Assembly: GCA_951406725.2 (NCBI GenBank)
Contig: OX597830.1
Span: forward strand, 30,256,001 to 30,320,000
DNA length: 64,000 bases
Direction: 5' to 3'
DNA from: Octopus vulgaris
Taxonomy: Eukaryota
The notes under the pieces were generated by a model that ran no database searches, had not been told where the DNA came from, and saw only the letters and a list, made by a program, of their open reading frames with translations. Shown one piece after another: positions 27,029 through 40,334 of the stretch; the first letter of the stretch is position 1, and each line of letters begins with the position of its first letter. Position numbers and translations under genes: made by a program.

Positions 27029-27599
27029 ATATATATGGACACACACACACCACATATATACACCCAAATGAGTGTGTATGTGTGTATCTGCGTGTGAAGC
27101 CATTGGTTCATCTCACGCTGGTGTGTACTTGACTGCTAAGGGGGCAGGGGTGGGGCCATTAGCGAAGACAGAATTTGGACGGTTCATATTTATTTCGATA
27201 AAACAAGACAGGGGAGTCAGGGGGTGTTTTGGATTTTTTTTCTTTTTAGTGTACGTTCTCTCCATTTCAGCAAATTAATTGCCTTCAATAGTTTTTTTTT
27301 TTTTTGGTTTTTTTTTTGCCATTTCTATATAGCGCCGTCCCTAAATTCTCTTTACACGGAAGAATAATTCTTTAAGTACCTCTCCGAAATTACTTTTATA
27401 TCTTTGCCAGTTACGTGTCATAACCGCTCATTTTTGCAAGATCATTGTTGTTGTGTCCTCTTTCTCCAATTTTTAACACACCAATAATTTATTTACATTT
27501 GTCTTCTGTTCTATTTTCTTATTCTAAAATTTGGTTTTACTCGATTTACAAGCTTGTATATGGTGATTTGGACATAAGCAACAAATGGCAGTCCCGTTC

Positions 27600-27880
27600 G
27601 AGAAACTAGGTTCTATATCGTAATCTTCCGAGAGTAAAATTCACCATCATAAAAGAAAAAAAAAATGGCGATGATCCTGTGGACACGACCTTCGTAGCAA
27701 GGATGAAGTAGTATGTTCAACGCTGGTGTGGTAAGCAACACACGGAAAGCAACCTTGGTCGGGCATTTATTGACCAACTGGGTGTAGGTTCTGGCGTATA
27801 GGAGAGTGACCAAGCTACAGCAATACAGGAAACGCAACACTGGAGACAAGTGGTTGGTGGCGTTCGCCTGTAGACGATGC
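27600..27880 (+). mobile_element. Degenerate RTE-like LINE 3' end with (TAG)n tail
   Basis: GRAFIDQLGVGSG..SDQATAIQETQHWRQVVGGVRL* resembles an RTE C-terminus; directly followed by (AGT)n. Confidence 0.5.
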
Positions 27881-27925
<45 letters not shown>

Positions 27926-27953
27926 GGTGGTGGTGGTAGTAGTAGTGGTGGTG

Positions 27954-27989
<36 letters not shown>

Positions 27990-27991
27990 GC

Positions 27992-28024
<33 letters not shown>

Positions 28025-28076
28025 TGTTGTTCATGATGATGACGATGATGATGATGATGATGGTGACGATGATGAT
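27881..28076. repeat. Compound (TAG)n/(TGG)n/(TGA)n microsatellite
   Basis: Direct reading. Confidence 0.97.
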
Positions 28077-28776
28077 TACGCGTTTTTCATTTTTTGCACG
28101 AGATCGGCTTTTTATGTTGCATAATGCATACCATCACATTTGCACAGCTCTCAAACGCTTCGCATATACTCTGGTGATGCCACCAGTCCTGCATCTACTG
28201 ATTACAGAAACAACCCATCGTCAGAGAATTGTGTATGGAGAATACCTAATTTATTTGCAATGCAACAGGATTTGTTTTAGATTTATTTTCTTTTTACGAT
28301 CTCTGCTTGATATTTTTCATTTCTGTTGAGCACTCTCGTTAACTTCGGTTTCTCTAAAAGTTTAATGCCTATATGACGTGCATATATGCATCCGCGTACA
28401 CATACATGTATACATAAATAACCCTCGGCTCGTTTTTATTTTACATACGTTTGTAGAGTGCGCTTCTGTATTTTAAGTACGATTATAAAAGTGCAAATTA
28501 TTACTGTACTTTTGTACGTATACACGCGTGCACAGGTACACACGATGTACACAGACATACACACACACAGACGGACACGGACACTCATACAGCTTAATTC
28601 TCACTACCACTGTGAAATATTTATTCCCTTATTTGTTCATACATACATAAATACATACATACATACATACATACATATATCCACACACATACATACACAC
28701 ATATATATATATATACACACACAGCAATATCTATTTAACTATCTATCTATCTACATATATACATACACACACACAC

Positions 28777-28820
<44 letters not shown>

Positions 28821-28916
28821 TTATATATATATATATATATATCCTTAAATATATGCATATGTATAAACTAATAGAGATAGATAGATTGCTAGATAGACAG
28901 ATAAATAGATAGATAA

Positions 28917-28971
<55 letters not shown>

Positions 28972-30029
28972 CACCGGTCCTATTTCTTATTATACTTGTG
29001 CATGTAGTGTGTGCATGTTGGTATGCGTCTATACATTTGTATGCACAATATATAAATCTATACATATACAGACACACAAAAGCTCCAACATGGACACGTA
29101 CGCTAACACACGCAATCGCTTGATGAAAGCATGTCTCTAATAAGTATATGAATATGCGTGCATTATTAGTGAATATAAAATTTTACATGTATAACATACA
29201 CACAGATTTGCTGTGTGATTAAACTTGGTGGACATATCCTAAATTCATGTTACTGCGGCCCGGATATCCGATCTGCGACTTCTTTGGTCTTGCATTTCGT
29301 CAAGTATCGTAAGATCTCGCATAACTTTATCACCATGATATCTGAGATAAAACCAAATAGCTGACGGCAATATGCGGCAGTTGTTGCAGTTGTTGTTGCG
29401 TTCTTGTTGTTGCGTAGCCCCACGTCATCTTTCATCGAGCAGACCTGTGATCAAAAGCATTTCCGCTCTGACCACGTCGTAAAATATTCCGGAATTTTAT
29501 ATTAAGAATGACCTGTAAGATAAAATTTAAATCATTTTAAATGATTAATCATAATCAAATCCGGAATTGTATAATAAGGATTACTTGCTTTTTAAGACAG
29601 TAAGCTGTAATTCCAATCATATTTGACTGTGATTTCAAGAGGGTAGTAAAAAAGAACACTTAGAGATAAGCTTCGCTGTCAGACAAAAGACAGATATCAG
29701 TTATAAAAATTGTTGGTGTATTTTAGTACGATATCCACCTTCGTTCAATTATTTGCGTCATTGTGCCAATGTTTTGAAACGTATTATTAATTTCTTAGCA
29801 GTTGTCAAACTGGTACAAATATGTAGATTAGGCCACCCACGTTTGATATGAGACGTTACATACGTATACGTGTGTGTACGTGCTTATGTGTGTGTGCATG
29901 CGTGCACGCATATATGTATGCATGCATGTATGGGTATGTATATATATAGAGAGAGAGAGAGATAGAGGGGGCAGGGAGAGAGAGGGAGAGAGAGAGATTT
30001 ATATATATAGATATATATATATTTAGGGG

Positions 30030-30200
30030 AGAATTCACAAAAAAAACAAAAGACGAAGACTGGTGGTGTAGACAACAAACATATGTATTATTAGTTTAAC
30101 GCTCGGGAAGTGAAAAAGTCTTTAACGTTTCGAGCCTGCGCTCATCCACAGAAAGGAACACAGAAAGAAACAAGGGGAGAAAATAAAGAATGTGTAGTGT
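30030..30200 (-). mobile_element. Penelope-type terminal repeat (type 1) with degenerate hammerhead motif
   Basis: Minus strand GGATGAG-CGCAGG-CTC-GAAACGTTA; homologous to 53721-53990; ends next to (TA)n. Confidence 0.6.
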
Positions 30201-30267
30201 CTAGCGATATATTTATATATATATGTATATATACATACATACATACATACAAATATATATGTATGTG

Positions 30268-30326
<59 letters not shown>

Positions 30327-30849
30327 ATATGCATATATATATATAAATATATATATGGTTATAGACATAGAGATATGTCCGTATAACATACACACGCACA
30401 CGTTCGCATATATCAGTATATATAAATATATATGCACAATGATGCATATACATTTGTATAAATCGATAGTTATTTATAAGTAGGCATATATTTAAGCCTT
30501 GACTAACAGCGAAACCTACTGATGAGAACTAAGGGAAATATCTCAAAGTTTGAAATCACGTGATATAAGTATATTTGTGATCCTCATTTGCGACTTTCAG
30601 CCGCAATGCTGAGTTGAATTTTGATCGTCCTTCGATTTTCGTCTGCCTGTTGTATTTTCGGTGTAATGGTGGCTATTTTGAGCATTTTTCGACCCTTATT
30701 TCTAACAAGGCTGATGCTTTGTGTACCCTCAATTACAATTAATAATTAATTATATATTTATAAATTTGCCTTCTGGCTTTAATGCCTACCGGCCACTTAT
30801 ATTATTTTTATCATCATTTATTAGTAACAATAATAATATCGCTGATTGG

Positions 30850-31797
30850 TCAGCAGAGGTGACCAAGTCACTGCTCCTCAGTTCTTCCTGGCCTGGCTTC
30901 CAGCTTAACTCTTCTCACTCCAAAGCCAACAAGCGGCCCTTTCAGCTGCCTCTCCCAAACTGCATACAGCCACCCTTCGCTCTTTACTTCTCATCCCAAT
31001 TGTTGTACGCATCCCCTATGACGATTGAGCAGGGAATCCCCTACAGCCAAACTTGACTGGGAAAAGCCATACCAACCATCCCTTCTCCTTGCAATACTGC
31101 AGAAGGCTCTCATATCTGGCACACTTCCCTTCATAGAGTTCATCACACCCCTCTTCCCACGGGACTGTGAGTTCAATTACGATAATTTTCTTGACCCTTT
31201 CAGACCAGAAGACCACATGGGGAAACTGCAATCTCTCTCCTAAGTCCACTTTCATATCCCACGGTTGAGATCCGTGCAGCAAGCTATGTATTGATTTTGC
31301 TGACTTTACTGACATCTCTGTCCCTCTTTTACGAATTTAACTGCTGCTGGTGCTGCTGCCTTCCCCTGGTGATGATGTTTCTTGCGCCTTTCCTGCTCCA
31401 GGGTGTGAGCAAGTGTTGCAAGCACCCTATTATGGCGCCATTTATATCTGCTGTGAGAAAGTGCTATTCTGCACCCTGCCAAGATGTGTGCCAGAGTGCA
31501 CCTTTCTCTACTAAGTCAACACAGCTGGTCTTCCCGCAAAGACCATGTGTGCAAGTTTTTTTGGCGTCTGTAGTGTGTCGTACACCACCCGCAGTAGGAA
31601 GGAGATGCGAAAAAGCTCCAGCCTCCACTTCCACATGTCAGTCCATCGTGAGCTTCCTCTTAGGGAAATCCCATTTAGTCAATGCACCTTGAGTAATTAA
31701 CTCCACAGCTCTTAATTTTCTTCTTTCTTCCTCCTGGTACCGCACCTCTTCCTGGGTCATAGCCCGCCTCTCCCTGGTGCCTGCTTTCTTCCATTGC
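30850..31797 (-). mobile_element. HERO-like non-LTR retrotransposon 3' fragment (zinc knuckle plus restriction-like endonuclease)
   Basis: WKKAGTRERRAMTQEEVRYQEEERR, FRISFLLRVVYDTL, TLAHILAGC..YKWRHNRVL, WDMKVDL..VFWSERVKKIIVIELTVPWEE..GWLVWLFPVKFGCRGF. Confidence 0.88.
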
Positions 31798-32200
31798 TGA
31801 AAATACATATACACATATATGTAGCGAGTGTATGTGTGTGTATGTATGTATTACCCAAATAACTCCTGATATCATTTATATTCTGCAAGTCGAACTACTT
31901 TAGAGCCATATATATTGTACATCTTTTTCTATTAAATGTATTTAATATTCTGTGTAAATCGACTTGCCTAAAATGCTTGGCATTACATTTTCGTATCTAC
32001 TGGATCAAGTTCAAATTCTTTGAGCACTTCGAAGTGTATTCTATATAGAGATCACCTAACTCCAACCTACAAACAATGTATATACTCGTACACGATATGT
32101 GCATGCACACACACTCACACACACTAACACACACATATATTTATATATATATATACAAAGCTGACGGTCGAGAATTATAATCAAGTATAATATAATATAC

Positions 32201-32250
<50 letters not shown>

Positions 32251-32271
32251 GTATATGTGTGTGTGCGCTTG

Positions 32272-32323
<52 letters not shown>

Positions 32324-32325
<2 letters not shown>

Positions 32326-32433
32326 CCTGCTCGCTTAGCCAGCAGGGTGGCGTCATTTGAAGGCTAAAACAATGCGAAGCGCATTGTGATCAGTGATGTG
32401 TAGCACCATCTGATAGCCTGGTCGGTCACGTGA
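32324..32433 (+). mobile_element. 110-bp structured repeat adjoining (TA)n, copy 1
   Basis: Near-identical to 40054-40163 with the same left boundary GGCCTGCTCGC. Confidence 0.85.
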
Positions 32434-32777
32434 TTACCTGATCACTTTATGTTACACTTGATATCCATATATAGTTTTATTTATAGGTATGTTGTGTTAA
32501 CACGCTACAGTTTTTAATTCCCGACCGTCAACTTTCTGCTTCATATAACACATTTCTTTACGCATATTTATTGTTTATATATCTTATTCATAAAAAGATA
32601 TATATTCTTCTCAACTTCAGTGGTTGAGAGGTGAGGTAGTCTATTTGTGATGAGTTTTAGTTAAGGCGAAACTAATCGATTGAAATTCATTTTTTTTTTT
32701 CGCTAAAACGCCTGTAATATATCAAAGTGTTTTGTTCACAAACATCAAAAATGTTCATTAGATATATTGTATGACCA

Positions 32778-32864
<87 letters not shown>

Positions 32865-32940
32865 TAGATAGGTAGGTAGGTAGATAGATAGATACGTAGG
32901 TAGATAGATACATAGGTTGGTAGATAGATAAATACGTAGG

Positions 32941-33030
<90 letters not shown>

Positions 33031-33076
33031 CATGGAAAAAACTCAAGATAGAAAAATAATTTTATTAGAAACATTT

Positions 33077-33112
33077 CAGTACCGTTTTCAGTCATTGAGA
33101 CTTTTTCAACTG
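33077..33112 (-). ncRNA. Candidate minimal hammerhead ribozyme (C3U/G8A variant) in a Penelope-type repeat
   Basis: Minus strand CAG-TTGAAAA-AGTC-TCAAT-GACT-GAAA-ACGGTA-CTG: stem I CAG/CTG, stem II AGTC/GACT, GUA cleavage triplet. Confidence 0.55.
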
Positions 33113-33351
33113 TAAGTATGGAAGACAATTAAATTTAGAAATGTTAAGAAAAATTAAAAGAAAAGTTTATATATATTCTAACCCACGCTAACCTTGGTCA
33201 TTTTACATTGTTCAACATTATACCTATTTTACATCAACATCGTTTGTTGAAGAATGAGGTTAGTGACCAATGGCAACAATTTATGCGAAATTCGTCAGAT
33301 GTTTCTAACTTTCAATTATTGAATTTTCTGTTGTTTTATTTTCGGTTTACA

Positions 33352-33925
33352 GTGGCTTTCAGATTTTGGCATAATGCCGGCAGTTTCGGTGAAGGTGGTA
33401 AATCAATTACATGAATCCCAGTAACTTATTTAATCGACCACGAAAGGATGAAAGGCAAAGTCGACCTCGTCGGGATTGGAACTCAGAACGTAAAGACAGA
33501 CGAAATACCTATTTCTTTACTACCCACAAGGGGCTAAACACAGAGAGGACAAATAAGGACAGAAAGACGGATTAAGTTGATTATATCGACCCCAGTGCGT
33601 AACTGGTACTTATTTAATCGACCCCGAAAGGATGAAAGGCAAAGTCGACCTCGGCGGAATTTGAACTCAGAACGTAAAGACAGACGCAATACCTATTTCT
33701 TTACTACCCACAAGGGGCTAAACACAGAGAGGACAAACAAGGACAGACAAACGGATAAAGTCGATTACATCGACCCCAGTGCGTAACTGGTACTTATTTA
33801 CTCGACCCCGAAAGGATGAAAGGCAAAGTCGACCTCGGCGGAATTTGAACTCAGAACGTAGCGGCAGACGAAATACCGCTAAGCGTTTCGCCCAACGTAC
33901 TAACGTTTCATATTTCTTTACTATA
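33352..33925 (-). mobile_element. SINE family B tandem array (three bodies)
   Basis: 184-bp periodicity; AATACCTATTTCTTTACTACCCACAAGGGG junctions at 33509/33510 and 33693/33694. Confidence 0.92.
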
Positions 33926-35035
33926 GGAGAGAAACGTCCCATCAGTAGATGCTGCGATCAAGAATGTAATCAGCAACTTCCGATCCAAGAGCTGAAAGAC
34001 AGAATGAAGCAATAAACACTCAGAAGCTCATACGTAGTTCTGAGGTAGGAGTTTCTTGAGCAATAGTAGAGCAAATACTTTGATGAAATCAAAAGCACAT
34101 CATTGCTTTCGCCTGAATTCTCACAGTAAAAAATGTCATAAATATGTGGCGCTGGAAAGTAAAAAATAGTAAATTTGGCTCTACAGGAATACGATCTATG
34201 ATTACCAAGAAAAGAAAATGACCCCAAGCATATCAGTTTATGGCTGGCAGGGAGGGTAATCGAAATTACTCTTTTAAAATATTGAACAGGCTGAGTTTTC
34301 ATTTGTTGGTCCTTCTTTAATTTTCTTTTTTGTTTCTTTTTCAGGGAGCATGGAGAGAATAATGATGTATCAATCTATTTAAATGTAAAGTATAGAAGCC
34401 ATCTTATCGTGGCTAACCACATTGGGGAGGGGGCGTTACTGTAGCTTTATAGCCCCAAGAGATCTTCGTCTCTAGCTGGCTTTAGACACAATATCTGTGT
34501 CCTTTTATTCAGAGTGGTCACTCTTGCTTTTGTTAGGTTGATTTAAGTTTTGTTCAACAATGCTTTCAACTCCACAAATATTTAGTCACGCTTAACGATA
34601 TCGTATATCGCACTCTCCAAAGTGTTTCTTAGTGATTATCCCACTGTTTACCATTGGCTGAGGTCTAAATGTTTTTGACTTAAAACAACGCAACGCTAGG
34701 TCGATAACTGGATTCAAATCGCACACACTAAGCGGCCTTATGGTGTTAAATATCGTTCGTGTATGACGTATTCAGTATCATTGTAAAGATATATCCAATT
34801 GCAAACCCTTTAAAAACAGAATGGAAAATCAGGATTTTGATACTGAATGAAAAAGTGCATAAATAGCTAAAGAAATGTTTCTTCATCATTGCAGTGTGAT
34901 TGCTTAGCATTATCTACAGTTCCTGCTGGACTAGAAATGGTCCTCAGTTAGGAAAACAGACGTTCAAAAAAGGATTAAATTCTGCTTGTAGATTCAATTT
35001 GATTTTGAAAACGAAATGTATTTTAATAAATACCA

Positions 35036-35450
35036 GGCGCAGGAGTGGCTGTGTGGTAAGTAGATTGCTTACCAACCACATGGTTCCGGGTTCAGTCCCA
35101 CTGCGTGGCACCTTGGGCAAGTGTCTTCTACTGTAGCCTCGGGCCGACCAATGCCTTGTGAGTGGATTTGGTAGACGGAAACTGAAAAGAAGCCCGTCGT
35201 ATATATGTATATATATATATATATGCGTGTGTGTGTTTGTGTGTCTGTGTCTTTGTTCCCCTAGCATTGCTTGACAACCGATGCTGGTGTGTTTATGTCC
35301 CCGTTACTTAGCAGTTCGGCAAAAGACACCGATAGAATAAGTACTGGGCTTACAAAAAGAATAAGTCCCGGGGTCGAGTTGATTGATTAAAGGCGGTGCT
35401 CCAGCATGGCCGCAGTCAAATGACTGAAACAAGTAAAAGAGTAAAAGAGA
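35036..35450 (+). mobile_element. SINE family A, full-length reference copy
   Basis: GGCGCAGGAGTGGCTGTGTGGTAAG (A box) ... GGTTCAGTCCC (B-box-like) ... CCTTGGGCAAGTG ... internal (TA)n(TG)n ... tail AGTAAAAGAGTAAAAGAG. Confidence 0.93.
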
Positions 35451-35937
35451 ATATGTATGTATGTATATATATATATATATCAATTGGCGGGGTGGGGCAC
35501 CCAGTATATGCGTGAATATATGTATGGCTGTATGTATACATGCATAAGTATGTATATCTTGCGTATGTATACTTGTATAGAATAGATATTTACGTCCAGG
35601 CATGAATGAGTGCTGTAAAACACCTACGCATACATAACTGAATACAAGGTGGCTTTCTTTAGGTATTATGAATGAATTATAATTTGCTTTTGCTTGATTG
35701 CATCGGACAGTAACTCCTTTATTAATGTGTTGTTTTCGAAATGCTCTCACAACAACAATAACAACAACAATAACAACGACAATAACAAGTAAATTCCACA
35801 ATGGGAATGATGATAGTAATAATGATTTTTATCTATTATTCACAAAAAAATCCCATAAAGACGTTACAAAACGTGTCACAGAAAGAAGGTTGAAAAAAAA
35901 AAAACAACGTATTTGTATTCTTCTATTTTTTTTTAGT

Positions 35938-36160
35938 TTTTTTGCTTATTTCGGTCACTGACTGCGACCATGCTGGAGTACTACATTAGAGGGTGTTAGT
36001 CGAAAAAGTCAACACGAGGACTTATTCATTGTAAGCCTAGTACTTACTCGATCGGTCTTTTGCCGAACCGCTATGTTACGGGAACATAAACACACCAGTA
36101 CTGATTGCCAAGCGATGGCGGCGGGGACAAACACAAACAGACTCACATGCATACATACAT
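35938..36160 (-). mobile_element. SINE family A 3' half
   Basis: GACTGCGACCATGCTGGAG...GTAAGCCTAGTACTTA...TTTGCCGAACCGCTA, ending at a microsatellite. Confidence 0.8.
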
Positions 36161-36198
36161 ACATATATACATACATACACACATACATACATACATAC

Positions 36199-36248
<50 letters not shown>

Positions 36249-36452
36249 CTTTTACTCTCTTGTTTCAGTCGTTTTACTGCGGCCATGCTGGAGCACAGCA
36301 TTTAGTATAAGTAATCGACCCCAGGACTTACTCTTTGTAAGCCTAGTACTTATTCTATCGGTCTCTTTTGCCGAATCGCTAGGTTACGGGTACGTAAACA
36401 CACCAGAATCGGTTATCAAGCGATGGTGGGGGACAAACACAGACACACAAAC
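36249..36452 (-). mobile_element. SINE family A 3' half
   Basis: CTTGTTTCAGTC...GCGGCCATGCTGGAGCAC...GGGGACAAACACAGACACACAAAC then (TA)n. Confidence 0.85.
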
Positions 36453-36490
36453 ATATTTATATATATATATACATATATATACACACAAAC

Positions 36491-36586
<96 letters not shown>

Positions 36587-36964
36587 GAAGAAGACTAACT
36601 TATATATTAGACAGTGGACGTGTGTGAATCTGCATATTATACAACCAAGAGGTTTGAACCAATTGTCAAATATGATGTAGCAAATCTAGGGTTTGGAAAA
36701 TTGATTGGCAGAGTAAGAGGGGTGATTTTGTTGAATCTATCTGTATTAGTCCATAAAAGTATATTTCTATCCTTAAAGAGAAAAGTTGCCAAATTCTTAA
36801 ATAGTAACACCGAAAATGAATATAAAACTCTCATTACGGAAAATGGGCATCGTTCTCAGACTGCACGAACAAAAGAAATAGAAGAGCAAAATGGTATAAA
36901 AACGATGTTTGGATAAGTCAGCCTGCCATAGAAAAACATGACAAGGCTTTACATAAAATGTCCC

Positions 36965-37351
36965 CAACCAACCACATGGTTCCGGGTTCAGTCCCACTGC
37001 GTGGCATCTTGGGCAAGTGTCTTCTACTATAGCCTCGGGCCGACCAATGCCTTGTGAGTGGATTTGGTAGACGGAAACTGAAAGAAGCCTGTCGTATATA
37101 TGCATATATATATATATATATGTATGCGTGTGTTTGTGTGTCTGTGTTTGTCCCCCATAGCATTGCTTGACAACCGATGCTGGTGTGTTTACGTCCCCGT
37201 CACTTAGCGGTTCGGCAAAAGAAACCGATGGAATAGGTACTGGGCTTACAAAGAATAAGTCCCGGGGTCGATTTGCTCGACTAAAGGCGGTGCTCCAGCA
37301 TGGCCGCAGTCAAATGACTGAAACAAGTAAAAGAGAAAAGAGAAAAAGAGA
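36965..37351 (+). mobile_element. SINE family A, slightly 5'-truncated
   Basis: Closely matches 35070-35450; tail (AAAAGAG)n. Confidence 0.92.
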
Positions 37352-38422
37352 AATCAAGCAACATGATCGCGGTAGGTGAATAGTTTACGCTATATATATA
37401 ACCCAATCACAGTGTTTCCCGCTAAAGCGGGAATAGGTTAAACGTCATCACTGCCGGATTTTCGGCAAAGCAGTAATGAGCAATACACGCAGAAAAAGAT
37501 GCAGCCAGAGCTGTCCTCTAGTTTGCCTGCAACCAATATTCTTGAGCTGAATATACAACTATTTATTTATTTTTTTTTTTTTGCCCAGGAGCCCAAGCGC
37601 AGGGTAAAGGGTTAAGCAGAAATCATTGAAACTAGAATAATTTTAGAATTCATTAATTCTCTCAATTGAGAAGATGATGATCCCAAGTCAACAAAAGATT
37701 GTCAATGAGATATTAATGATTAAACCGTGTATGTACAAAGTGTATTAATTTTTTTCATTGCCTTAAATCTCCGAATAGAGCTATACAGGAAGAGCAATGG
37801 AGTCTATTTGTCTCATAAGCCTCCTTATGGGAGTGTGAACGCATGTGAGCGCGTGTGTGTGAGTGTGTGTAGGTGATTATATATGTATGTTTATAACTGT
37901 ACATATGTTCATTAATATGTGAACATGTACATACACATATATATATGTGCATGTATGGATGTATATATATATGTGTATATATCTATTTATATATATATGT
38001 GTATATATGTATGCATATATATGTGTGCTTATGTATGTACATACGAAACATACACACTGAAATATGAAATACATGTGCACATATACATATGCACATAAAT
38101 ATAAATGCAGTCATGACATATACACTCAAACAATCTTACACTTTATTATGAGAACAAAGACGACCAGAGAAAATAGTCAACATGTGTCGCTCATATTTAT
38201 TTATTTGATAATTCTTATCCATATTTCTTTCTTAGATGACCTAGAAAACTAGACAAAAATTTAACTATAAATTTTAAGACAACGAACAAAAGAAAGTCCA
38301 CCAAATAATCAATTAAAAGCGAAAATAAGTTTTATGTATGTGTGTGTGTGTGTGTATATATATATGTGTATAAATATATGTATACCTATATTTATATATA
38401 TATGTACATATATGTGTATATG

Positions 38423-38499
<77 letters not shown>

Positions 38500-38907
38500 A
38501 CGGATACATACACTTATATGTGCGTGTGTGTGTGTAAAAATAATAGGTAAGAAGGTGTCAAAGGACAGAGATGCGAGGTAGTAGGTACATATACAATGAA
38601 TGCTAAGGCCGAGCCAAGCGCCTAGACTCTGAGATGATTGGTAGTGTAGCATGATTTGCATAAATAATAGTTGGTTCTTGGCAGTGTAGCGGTTGGGATG
38701 ATGTACATGTAATAGAACAAACTATTAGCAGGTAATCTCAAGGTATGAAATCAAGAGTGAGATATATAGATATTAATAAACTATTGCAGGAAACCAGGGA
38801 AGATCCGGAAGGTATAATCTCACAATGATGCAGTGTAGAAGGTACACCCCAGAATGACGTAGAAAAGACCATAATATCACTAGTGATAAACTCGGTGATG
38901 ATGGAAG

Positions 38908-39460
38908 GGGAAAAGGGAGGTAGTACTTTACAGCTGTTTCTAAACCAGTTGTATATTGGCTGCAAATGAAAGCATTTTGTCTACAGCACAACATGTGGTA
39001 CGCAACGCATCCCATCGTTGGAGGCAAGAATGCATGGATGACTAAGAATACTTTCGAAGAGCACTTAAAAAAACATTTTTGTGTCCTACTGTAGAAAGGT
39101 ACAATGCCAGAAATAATACTTCTAAGGAATCATACTTACTTTTAGGGAATCCAAAGGGAAAAAGGGAGGTAGTACTTTACAGCTGTTTCTAAACCAGTTG
39201 TATATTGGCTGCAAATGAAAGCATTTTGTCTACAGCACAACATGTGGTACGCAACGCATCCCATCGTTGGAGGCAAGAATGCATGGATGACTAAGAATAC
39301 TTTCGAAGAGCACTTAAAAAACATTTTTGTGTCCTACTGTAGAAAGGTACAATGCCAGAACTAATACTTCCAAGGAATCATAGTTACTTTTAGGGAATCC
39401 ATCAAGAATTCTAACAAAAATAAATGAGCTTTCTGGTAAGGTGAGAGTAACATACAACTT
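38908..39460 (+). mobile_element. Tigger/pogo-like transposase relic with internal ~248-bp tandem duplication
   Basis: KNAWMTKNTFEEHLKK..CPTVERYNARNNTSKESYLLLGNP resembles the DDE_1 motif NKKAWMT..F..F.P.V..LLLLDNAP; units start ~38908 and ~39156. Confidence 0.65.
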
Positions 39461-39914
39461 CTTTGCTTCAGCTAAAGAGATATAAAAAGAAAACCCTGAT
39501 GAGCCATAAACACCAAACATTTTGTATAAATCCTTCGCTCCTCTGATAAATGTTGATGATGATGAACTATAAAATATGTGATACGGTCCCTCATCTTCCC
39601 ACTAACTCTCAGTAGCAGACATCAAAGAAGGGCAAAATGTAACGTGAACACTTTAAGCTGCTAATGGTATCTTTAAGCTGCTAATGGTATCTTTAAAATT
39701 TTTACCATAAGCAAGGTTTTTTTTTTCTTCTCCACAGTAAACTGCAGTGAAGATGTCTTTAGGGTTGTAATATATCTCAAACATATTCGAAATAAGTTTG
39801 TTTATTTTCTATTACTACTTCGTTCTACTAACTTACAAGCATGCATTTATGTGTGTGTGTGTGTGTATGTGTGCGCGTGTATATGTGTGTGTATGTGTGC
39901 GTGCACGAGCTTTG

Positions 39915-40236
<322 letters not shown>

Positions 40237-40288
40237 GTATATGTATATACATTATATACATACATACATACACATCTACATACATACT

Positions 40289-40332
<44 letters not shown>

Positions 40333-40334
<2 letters not shown>

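Noticed and set aside
30510-30545. CTGATGA...GAAA hammerhead-like match
   Set aside because: No stem II or stem I pairing.
39651-39696. 20-bp tandem duplication CTTTAAGCTGCTAATGGTAT
   Set aside because: Ordinary slippage duplication with no further signal.
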